Source: an uncultured Bacteroidia bacterium (GTDB lineage: Bacteria > Bacteroidota > Bacteroidia > NS11-12g > UBA9320). From it: a stretch of DNA of 64,000 nucleotides. The DNA lies in NCBI GenBank assembly GCA_963924815.1, contig CAWURO010000002.1:1667-65666 (forward strand). Reading direction: 5' to 3'. The first letter of the stretch is position 1; the number at the start of each line of letters is the position of its first letter. Under the pieces are notes generated by a model. That model was not told where the DNA came from and did no database searches. It saw only the letters and a program-made list of their open reading frames with translations. This document shows, in pieces, positions 21,167-29,127 of the stretch. The position numbers were made by a program, and so were the translations under genes.

Positions 21167-23323
21167 TTACTGCTTTATAAATTTAGTAATGTACATTTTG
21201 CCGCTCTCAGAAACTATTTTTAGAATGTAAACGCCCTGCACTAAATTTACGATATTCAGTTTCGTTACAGGAGCTTGGATTTTTTGACTCATATACTCCT
21301 GGCCAATTTGACTGTAAATAAAAAGGTTAGCATCTGTATATTCCAGTTCACTAATGTCTATAAATACGTGATTAGCAGCAGGATTAGGGAAAATAGCTAC
21401 GGGTGATCCTCGAGAAATATCCCTTGTTGTTGCGGGAGTATCACAAGTTCCTAACATGTTGCTATCCATCCATGATAATCGGGTAGTTAACCAGTTTTTT
21501 AAAAATAAAACTTCCTCTTGGTAGCTATTGCCTACATAGTCATTTGGCCATACGTATTGTCCAAGGATCTTCCATTTTTCAAAGTTTCTAGCTGGGGCGT
21601 CACCCATTTCAGTAATTTTATCATCTATAAACTGTATGAGGCTATCGGTATGTAATTGGCCGTTTCTGAGTTGTTGCCATCGACAGTTGATTAAATTGGA
21701 TACTTCAGAAATATCCGTCATCTTCTTTACCCAAAAAGGGTGTGAGTTATCGCAGGTTCCTTGAAATTGGTAGGTCCAGCCTGTTGGGTCAGGTGAACAT
21801 GCATAATCAAAATTACCAAAAGCTAAGTTAAAATCCCATAGCGGCCCGAAATGTAATTTGCCCCCGTCTGAGTTTTTTACTTTGTGCATATAGAAGCTAA
21901 GCTTGTAAGCGTCAATGTGCTTGCCTATTTCTGTTACTAAAAAATAATCAACCCAAGAGGATACGTCTACAAAGTTTTTAAATTTCCAATAGTATTCTGC
22001 GTCAGACATAGAACTCTCAAAACTCGTGATATAGCTTTTTATATATTCTCGCTGCACATCTTCTAATTCCTCTGCTTTCGGATCGTGATAGGAATAAAAT
22101 TTTGTAGGTGAAGTATTGTTATACCAACCGTCTATGTTAGAGCTTAAATCATCTCTATCTATTTGTACTATATAACCACCTGTTAACTCATCACCTGCGA
22201 TATCTTCTGGTTTTAAATTAGCAATATCGACTCTATTTTTATCTCTTTTTATACGTTCAGTCATAATGTAAACGCCCTTGTAATCAGCGTTTATGTATAC
22301 TTCGCAGAGTTGGGTTCTTGGTGCATACCTACCAGTACTTGTACCCATATGATAGGCTAACGCATTGCGCAACAATGATTTGTCGGAGTATGGTCCATGC
22401 AATACCCAATCATTTTCGGAAGGCATTCCCAAAATGCTTACATTGTTATTGTTACCATCGGCGAGCTGCGTCTCAAAGCCATAGTTTTTCTTCGGAAAAC
22501 TTTGTGATGAGGCCCCACGTATCTCGATTGCGATAGCTCCATCATAACCATTATAGGTGTCTGTAAGTAAATTTATTCCATGGTCTATAATTCCCATATG
22601 CGCAGAAATCTTAGGCTCATTTGTTATTTCAGCATTATTTATCGTAGTGATTACGACAATGGGCAATGTACTTCCTAGATTAGGTGCGGTAAACCAATTG
22701 GGGGTAGGCCGGTAATTCTTACTTTGATCAGTTACGCCAAGACTTAAGAAAAAATTACTACTCAAATCAGACGAGCTCAGAGATTGGTTATGTATTTGAA
22801 TAGCTAGGGTGTTTGTTCCTTGCTTGGTTATACTTTTTAAGGTCGCTTGATCAAGCGGATAATCTTCGGGTTTGCCGCCGCTATATAGTGTTGCTTCTTT
22901 GTAGGTGTTAGCAAGTGAACTATAAGTTGGTGGTGTGCCTGGAGTTCCAATATTATTTCGGGCTATTTCTACGCCATTTAGATATGCAACAAAACCATCA
23001 TCATAATCAGCATGCAAAATGGCGTATCGTATTACAGAAGTGTCAATAAGATAAAATACTTTTCTAATATAGACGGCAGTTGTTGAGCTGATAATGGTAT
23101 TGTCATCATTGTCTCCATAACCAAAACCTCCTTGTCCTTCAGTCCAATTTTTTGCATCAAAGTTAGGTTGCATCCAATTACTAGCGGGTTCACTTCCCGT
23201 GTAGTAAAGCCATGTGTCTGTATTTTTTACTATAATTTCCCAATGATTAATAGACTGGCCATAAAGTATAGGGGAAATGCATAACAGTAAAAAAACAGTT
23301 AAAATCTTTGGTAGAAATGTCAT
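21167..23323 (-). CDS. CotH kinase-like family protein with N-terminal extra domain and T9SS C-terminal domain
   Basis: 718 aa; CotH-like core (LLRNALAYHMGTSTGRYAPRTQLCEVYINADYKGVYIMTERI); C-terminal ...VAIFPNPAANHVFIDI... sorting domain. Confidence 0.6.
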   Translation of the reverse strand: MTFLPKILTVFLLLCISPILYGQSINHWEIIVKNTDTWLYYTGSEPASNWMQPNFDAKNWTEGQGGFGYGDNDDNTIISSTTAVYIRKVFYLIDTSVIRYAILHADYDDGFVAYLNGVEIARNNIGTPGTPPTYSSLANTYKEATLYSGGKPEDYPLDQATLKSITKQGTNTLAIQIHNQSLSSSDLSSNFFLSLGVTDQSKNYRPTPNWFTAPNLGSTLPIVVITTINNAEITNEPKISAHMGIIDHGINLLTDTYNGYDGAIAIEIRGASSQSFPKKNYGFETQLADGNNNNVSILGMPSENDWVLHGPYSDKSLLRNALAYHMGTSTGRYAPRTQLCEVYINADYKGVYIMTERIKRDKNRVDIANLKPEDIAGDELTGGYIVQIDRDDLSSNIDGWYNNTSPTKFYSYHDPKAEELEDVQREYIKSYITSFESSMSDAEYYWKFKNFVDVSSWVDYFLVTEIGKHIDAYKLSFYMHKVKNSDGGKLHFGPLWDFNLAFGNFDYACSPDPTGWTYQFQGTCDNSHPFWVKKMTDISEVSNLINCRWQQLRNGQLHTDSLIQFIDDKITEMGDAPARNFEKWKILGQYVWPNDYVGNSYQEEVLFLKNWLTTRLSWMDSNMLGTCDTPATTRDISRGSPVAIFPNPAANHVFIDISELEYTDANLFIYSQIGQEYMSQKIQAPVTKLNIVNLVQGVYILKIVSESGKMYITKFIKQ

Positions 23324-23410
23324 TAGAAAAATAGATAGGTAAAAGTAAACATTTGGTATGAGATAAGATAATTATCTGCGGTATAGAGCAATAGTTTCGT
23401 TAAATTCTGT

Positions 23411-24430
23411 TTACGGTAATGGATTTAGTCTTGTTAGTTTTTTGTAGTTAGCGTTACTGCTAGGTATTGATAAATTGAGGCGGGAGCTAGCATGTAATAG
23501 TTGCAATGCTATGGAGCGAAAACGGTATATCCTTCCAAGTTGCCATGTAATAAATAAGTAATGATTCCCCTTTTGATTCCTGAAAATAACCGAATTATGT
23601 GTAAAGGAAGGTAAGGATGAAAGAATGGCATCCGGTGGAGGAGATATCCAAGCGATATTTCTATGGGGTTGACACCATGATGTATCTGTCTTCCCCATCT
23701 CATATTTACTGGAGTAGTCTGTTTGCTTTGAAATTATCTTTTTTATCTTGGTCCAATGGGAGTTGTCTATAGCCTTGCATAATTTGCAATTTTTAGGACA
23801 ATTCGATGTCGAAACCCATTTTGGTATTGTTGGGTTATCTGTTAGAATTAAATCGAAGTAATTGCTTGCTGTCTGCTCTTCTAGGTATATTTTATGGGTG
23901 CTAAAATCATCATCAGAATCTCCAAAAGGATTAATCTTTCCAAAAATATAATCTACATAAGGTTCATCAAAAGGGGCATACCAAGCTACTACTTTATAGA
24001 TGCCATTAGGTAAGTTCGGCAACGCATGGTGGGCAGCATTTTTAGTTCGAAAATTATGCGTGTCATTCAGAAATAATGGTATAGAGACAGATTTGTGTGC
24101 GTCTAAATTTTTCCAATAAACCTGTCCAAGCATAGAGGTGTCCATATTCATCTCTCTACTCTCGGTAAATATATTTGTATAGAAGTCATTGCTGTCTGCC
24201 ATATAGTAAGCCAAGTATAACATTCGTTTTCCCTTGTTCTTTGAGCCAGGAAGCGTAATGCTACTAGTGTGATCTGTAAGATTAGTAAAAGTTACATTTA
24301 GTTGGATAACTTCATTGAGACTATACGTGTTTCTTTCGCTGCCTAATCTTATAGAAAGATCAGGTACTCTAAGGTCACCTAATGCACTAATAGTGAGAAT
24401 ATTTAATAAAAAAAAGTAGAAGTATTTCAA
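23411..24430 (-). CDS. hypothetical secreted protein
   Basis: 339 aa with an N-terminal signal peptide. I recognise no family. The C-terminal ~70 aa are low-complexity, so the true stop may lie earlier or the track may have over-extended it. Confidence 0.35.
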   Translation of the reverse strand: MKYFYFFLLNILTISALGDLRVPDLSIRLGSERNTYSLNEVIQLNVTFTNLTDHTSSITLPGSKNKGKRMLYLAYYMADSNDFYTNIFTESREMNMDTSMLGQVYWKNLDAHKSVSIPLFLNDTHNFRTKNAAHHALPNLPNGIYKVVAWYAPFDEPYVDYIFGKINPFGDSDDDFSTHKIYLEEQTASNYFDLILTDNPTIPKWVSTSNCPKNCKLCKAIDNSHWTKIKKIISKQTDYSSKYEMGKTDTSWCQPHRNIAWISPPPDAILSSLPSFTHNSVIFRNQKGNHYLFITWQLGRIYRFRSIALQLLHASSRLNLSIPSSNANYKKLTRLNPLP

Positions 24431-24524
24431 TATAATGTTATCTGGATTAGGTCAAATATACTTCCCAGTATGTTGGTATCAAAAAAACCAATCACCTAAC
24501 CAAACTATATTCCATTTAAGACGT

Positions 24525-24532
24525 TATATTTG
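24525..24532 (+). promoter_or_regulatory. candidate Bacteroidota sigma-A -7 element (TATATTTG) upstream of iscS
   Basis: Exact match to TAnnTTTG, ~38 nt upstream of the iscS ATG; the -33 element is not clear. Confidence 0.25.
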
Positions 24533-24569
24533 CACATAGATTTAATCTAAATAAAGATAAGAGCAACGA

Positions 24570-25781
24570 ATGAATTTCCCAATATACTTAGATAATAACG
24601 CTACAACTCCAATGGATCCAAGAGTTTTAGATGCTATGCTTCCCTATTTTAACGAAAAATTTGGTAACGCAGCAAGCAGAAACCATAGTTTTGGATGGAA
24701 TGCAGAAGAGGCGGTGGATTATGCTCGTGAGCAAGTAGGTCGCTTGATTGGCTGTACAAGCAAAGAAATAATTTTTACTTCAGGTGCTACAGAGGCTAAT
24801 AACTTGGCTATTAAAGGTGTATATGAAATGTACGGCTCTCAAGGTAATCACATGATTACAGTGTCTACTGAGCATAAAGCAACGTTAGATGCATGCAAGA
24901 AAGTAGAGAAAATGGGTGGTGAGGTAACGTATCTTTCGCCAAATGAAGATGGCTTGATAAACTTGTCTGATTTGGAGGCTGCGATTACGGATAAAACAAT
25001 ACTTATTACGGTAATGTATGGTAACAATGAAATTGGCGTGGTTCAAGATATTAAGGCAATATCAGATATTGCAAAGAAAAATGGAATCTTATTTCACACA
25101 GATGCTACACAAGCAGTAGGTAAAATACCTGTGGATGTAATAGCAGACGGAATAGACTTGATGAGTTTTACCGCACATAAAATGTATGGACCAAAAGGGG
25201 TAGGTGCTTTATATGTGAGACGTAAAAATCCACGTGTAAAAGTAACTAGCCAAATGGATGGCGGAGGTCATGAAAGAGGGATGCGAAGTGGAACCTTAAA
25301 TGTTCCAGGTATAGTTGGATTTGGTAAAGCTTGTGAAATAGCGCAAAACGAGATGGCTGGAGAGGCCTTACGCCTAGGTGTAATGCGTGATAGACTAGAA
25401 AAAGAACTACTTACTATGGAAGAGGCTTATGTGAACGGCAACACGCTGCATAGACTTCCTCATGTAGCAAATATTTCATTTAAGTTTGTAGAAGGAGAAG
25501 GGCTGATGATGGGGACAAAAGATATTGCCGTGAGTAGCGGTAGTGCTTGTACAAGTGCATCTTTAGAGCCTAGTTATGTGCTTAAAAGTTTAGGTTTAGA
25601 TGATGAGTTAGCACATTCATCACTTCGTTTTGGATTAGGTAGATTTACGACAGATGAAGAAATAGATTTTGCAATTGGTCACGTAAAAACAGCGGTTAAT
25701 AAATTAAGAGACATGAGCCCACTTTGGGAAATGTTTAAAGAAGGCATTGACCTAAAGTCAATTGAATGGGCAGAACACTAA
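24570..25781 (+). CDS. iscS: cysteine desulfurase IscS/NifS
   Basis: 403 aa, [16 protein letters not shown]..., PLP-lysine region [12 protein letters not shown], catalytic SSGSACTS loop. Confidence 0.85.
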   Translation: MNFPIYLDNNATTPMDPRVLDAMLPYFNEKFGNAASRNHSFGWNAEEAVDYAREQVGRLIGCTSKEIIFTSGATEANNLAIKGVYEMYGSQGNHMITVSTEHKATLDACKKVEKMGGEVTYLSPNEDGLINLSDLEAAITDKTILITVMYGNNEIGVVQDIKAISDIAKKNGILFHTDATQAVGKIPVDVIADGIDLMSFTAHKMYGPKGVGALYVRRKNPRVKVTSQMDGGGHERGMRSGTLNVPGIVGFGKACEIAQNEMAGEALRLGVMRDRLEKELLTMEEAYVNGNTLHRLPHVANISFKFVEGEGLMMGTKDIAVSSGSACTSASLEPSYVLKSLGLDDELAHSSLRFGLGRFTTDEEIDFAIGHVKTAVNKLRDMSPLWEMFKEGIDLKSIEWAEH

Positions 25782-25897
25782 ATTGATTTAATAGGGACCT
25801 TAGATAAAAAAGTAGAAAATAAATAGAACAGTTATTGAATTTAGACGTAAAATAAAAAGTAATACGTCTTGAGTTCAAAATCATAAATAATAAAAAT

Positions 25898-26314
25898 ATG
25901 GCATATTCAGAAAAAGTAATCGATCACTACCAAAACCCAAGAAACATTGGTACATTAAATAAAGAAAGTAAGATGGTAGGAACTGGCTTGGTGGGAGCGC
26001 CAGAATGCGGTGACGTTATGCGTTTACAAATAGAAGTAGATGACGTAACAGGGATAATTAAAGACGCTAAGTTTAAAACCTTTGGCTGCGGATCTGCTAT
26101 TGCATCTTCATCTCTTGCCACAGAATGGTTGAAAGGAAAAACAATAGAATCCGCAATGGAAATTGATAACATGGATATCGTAGAAGAATTAGCTTTGCCT
26201 CCGGTTAAAATTCATTGCTCCGTATTAGCAGAAGACGCTATTAAAATGGCAATAAATGATTACCGTGTAAAACAAGGATTGGCACCAATAGAGGATAATA
26301 AAAAGCACTATTAG
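25898..26314 (+). CDS. iscU: Fe-S cluster assembly scaffold IscU
   Basis: 138 aa; GAPECGDVM, FKTFGCGSAIASSS, KIHCSVLAEDA (three conserved Cys). Confidence 0.85.
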   Translation: MAYSEKVIDHYQNPRNIGTLNKESKMVGTGLVGAPECGDVMRLQIEVDDVTGIIKDAKFKTFGCGSAIASSSLATEWLKGKTIESAMEIDNMDIVEELALPPVKIHCSVLAEDAIKMAINDYRVKQGLAPIEDNKKHY

Positions 26315-26393
26315 TTCAGCTAATAGTTAAGAAACGAGCAGCTAATGGAGTAAATCCATTAGTAGATAAACCAATAATAAGTAACCCAAAAAG

Positions 26394-26720
26394 ATGATAA
26401 CAGTATCAGAAAGAGCAGCAAATCAAGTAAATACATTAATGCAGACCGAAAGTTTGAATGAAGGATATTTTATTCGTGTTTCTGTAGTAGGCGGCGGTTG
26501 TTCTGGTCTAAGTTATAAAATGGACTTTGACAATGAATCCCAAGAGAATGATCAGATTTTCGAGAGCAATGGATACAAAGTGGTTTGTGATATGAAAAGC
26601 TTTCTTTACCTATGTGGAACAGAGCTTGATTTTACAGACGGGCTAAATGGGAAAGGATTCCAGTTTAATAATCCGAATGCAAATAGAACCTGCGGTTGTG
26701 GCGAAAGTTTCTCCGTATAA
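26394..26720 (+). CDS. iscA: A-type Fe-S carrier (IscA/HesB family)
   Basis: 108 aa, GGGCSG ... C-terminal CGCGESF. Confidence 0.8.
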   Translation: MITVSERAANQVNTLMQTESLNEGYFIRVSVVGGGCSGLSYKMDFDNESQENDQIFESNGYKVVCDMKSFLYLCGTELDFTDGLNGKGFQFNNPNANRTCGCGESFSV

Positions 26721-26743
26721 AAGGAATAGGTGATTCGATGGGA

Positions 26744-26783
26744 ATGCCAAGATTTAGTTCACTAGATCTTGGCATTTTTTTTG
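26744..26783 (+). terminator. rho-independent terminator after iscA
   Basis: 10-bp perfect stem ATGCCAAGAT / ATCTTGGCAT with a 12-nt loop, followed by TTTTTTTT. Confidence 0.75.
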
Positions 26784-26846
26784 GAACCTATTCACATCTT
26801 TTTCATAAATAATAAATAGATTGGACAATAAACTACATTTGACAAA

Positions 26847-27857
26847 GTGCAACGTAATTCTAAAATAATATCACGCCTCACCGCTCTTTGGGCATTGTCC
26901 GAAGCTGGATTAGGAGGAGTTTTACACGCAATTCAATTCCCGGTTACCGGTTTATTAGTGGGCGGATTTGCGATTGTACTGATTAGTTTAATTGCTTATT
27001 TTTCTGATAATAAATGGGAAACTATTTTTAGATCTCTTCTTGTGGTTCTAATTATAAAACTAGCAGTTAGCCCGCATTCTCCACCAACGAGTTATTTGGC
27101 TGTTTCGTTTCAAGCATTTATGTCTGCTTTAATTTTTAGTAAACTACGTATCAATATGTGGAGCACAATGCTGTTAGGTGTTACCACACTTGTAGAGTCA
27201 GCCATTCAAAAAATATTAGTAGTTTGGATTGTATATGGCAGTTCTTTATGGAGTGCTATTGATGGGTTTAGCGGATATGTTATTCAGAATATGGGCATGT
27301 TTGGCGAGTTTTTTTCTTCGCATGTATTGTTATCTGTTTATCTCTGGTTGTATGCTATTTTAGGCCTAGTTGTTGGCTATATGATTTATGATATTATTCA
27401 GTATATGGATTATAACCAAGGCAATGTTAAGTATCAAATTCAAGCTATTGAGTTCGAAGAGAATCTGGGAGAATTAAGAAAACGAAGAGGGCTATGGAAG
27501 CAATGGATACTGTTTGGGACCTTCTTTGCACTTATAGCTACGTATTATTTTTTTGTGAAAGACGGCAAATCTGTCTGGGGAAATTGGCTCTATATCACGC
27601 TTCGAAGTGCGGGTATCTTGCTGTTTTGGTATTATGTATTAGCTCGTTATTTTAAAAAGTATTTTGCAAAATACTTGGAACGTAAGAAATCCAAAGTACA
27701 AAAGGAAGTAGATGAGACCATGACTTTGTTGCCCTATTTACGAAAGGTCACAGCCTTATCTTGGCAAGAGAATAAACATACCAAGGGGCCGATAAAATTT
27801 AGAGACTTTTTGGGTGATACTATATTATACAGTATACATCTTAAACTAGAAGAATGA
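26847..27857 (+). CDS. polytopic membrane protein of unknown function
   Basis: 336 aa, ~8 predicted TM helices; overlaps the downstream gene by 4 nt (ATGA). Confidence 0.5.
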   Translation: MQRNSKIISRLTALWALSEAGLGGVLHAIQFPVTGLLVGGFAIVLISLIAYFSDNKWETIFRSLLVVLIIKLAVSPHSPPTSYLAVSFQAFMSALIFSKLRINMWSTMLLGVTTLVESAIQKILVVWIVYGSSLWSAIDGFSGYVIQNMGMFGEFFSSHVLLSVYLWLYAILGLVVGYMIYDIIQYMDYNQGNVKYQIQAIEFEENLGELRKRRGLWKQWILFGTFFALIATYYFFVKDGKSVWGNWLYITLRSAGILLFWYYVLARYFKKYFAKYLERKKSKVQKEVDETMTLLPYLRKVTALSWQENKHTKGPIKFRDFLGDTILYSIHLKLEE

Positions 27858-28330
27858 TTTACATCTTAGCTGGTGATGTGCGCAGTGGCAAGACTACTGC
27901 GCTACAAGAATGGGTGGATACCTGGGATACCGTAAAAGGAATTCTTTGTCCTGAGGGGCACGATAATCTCAGGTATCTATATAATATTGAAACCCAAGAA
28001 AAGCACTCATTTCAACGGTTAAAGCAAGAAGAGAAAACTATTTCCGTAGGTAAGTTCCATTTTTTGGAGGATACATTTAAACTGGCTAATTATATACTTA
28101 TCAGTTCTTTTGAGGAAGGTAATTTTGATTTTTTAGTGTTGGATGAGTTGGGTAAACTTGAGTTAGAAGGTAAAGGCCTACATCAAGCAGCAAATTATAT
28201 AATTGGAAACTATCAGTCTAATGATAATCAAAATTTACTCCTAGTCGTAAGAACGAACTTAGTAAAAGATATTATTGCTCACTATGGCATTAGAAGTTTT
28301 CAGATAGTAGCGAGGGAGACGCTACCTTAG
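27854..28330 (+). CDS. P-loop NTPase, THEP1-like (weak)
   Basis: Walker A GDVRSGKT at the N-terminus and a Walker-B-like FLVLDELGKLE; ~158 aa, a size typical of THEP1/MobB-type NTPases. The family assignment is tentative. Confidence 0.45.
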   Translation: MIYILAGDVRSGKTTALQEWVDTWDTVKGILCPEGHDNLRYLYNIETQEKHSFQRLKQEEKTISVGKFHFLEDTFKLANYILISSFEEGNFDFLVLDELGKLELEGKGLHQAANYIIGNYQSNDNQNLLLVVRTNLVKDIIAHYGIRSFQIVARETLP

Positions 28331-28336
28331 CAAGGT

Positions 28337-28927
28337 CTATTTTGGATTACTAAGATAATGCTTGTACTCATCTATTGTATTTATATTGGTGAATTCATTC
28401 TTATTTAAAATCGGCACGCGTTGATTTCCGTATTGATTTAAGAATTGTTGAATAGATCGGCCACCGTTGGTAAAGTATTCTTCGAGACAAGGAAGTGTTT
28501 CAATCTCCCAGATACTGAGCATAGGTTCCCAAATTTTGGTTTCTGTATTGTAGTACGTAGTTGTTAGCAGATCCCAATTTCGCTGTGCAATAATGTTTTT
28601 AATTCTTTGCTTGTTGACTAGTGGTAAATCTACACCTAATACTATAATACTATTTTGGGTGAATCTCAATGCTGAGATTATCCCCGATAAAGGCCCTTCT
28701 TCGGAGTATTCGTCAATAATAGTATGATCTAGATTAAGATTTTTTTGCTCTTGATTTATGGAGTAAAAAACTTCATTCACGTAGCATTTAAGTTTGGCAT
28801 GAGCTAACTGGGCCAAATTTTCCTGGTTTTTGGTAGGATAGGATGTGTTAGCAATGAGTTGTGACTTATCGGTGCCCATTCTTGAGCTTTTACCACCCAT
28901 TAATATAATGCCTATTAAATCTGTCAA
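28337..28927 (-). CDS. mobA: molybdenum cofactor guanylyltransferase MobA-like
   Basis: LIGIILMGGKSSRMGTDKSQL N-terminal signature; 196 aa. Confidence 0.65.
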   Translation of the reverse strand: MTDLIGIILMGGKSSRMGTDKSQLIANTSYPTKNQENLAQLAHAKLKCYVNEVFYSINQEQKNLNLDHTIIDEYSEEGPLSGIISALRFTQNSIIVLGVDLPLVNKQRIKNIIAQRNWDLLTTTYYNTETKIWEPMLSIWEIETLPCLEEYFTNGGRSIQQFLNQYGNQRVPILNKNEFTNINTIDEYKHYLSNPK

Positions 28928-28930
28928 TGT

Positions 28931-29119
28931 TTAACCTATAGTTTTATAAATAGCGTGTCCTAATCCAAAACCAAGGAATCCGCAGACTAGTATGCTTATA
29001 ATCAAGCTATTTGTAGAATAACCAAATATTAATCCAAACAGAATCCCCAAAGATATACCTATGATATAGCTGTTACGCTGTCTGTTGACAGCTAGATTTT
29101 TTTTACGTTTCTTGCTCAT
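28931..29119 (-). CDS. small 2-TM membrane protein
   Basis: 62 aa with basic N-terminus then two hydrophobic helices; tightly packed between mobA and the oxidoreductase. Confidence 0.35.
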   Translation of the reverse strand: MSKKRKKNLAVNRQRNSYIIGISLGILFGLIFGYSTNSLIISILVCGFLGFGLGHAIYKTIG

Positions 29120-29127
29120 ATTGGGCG

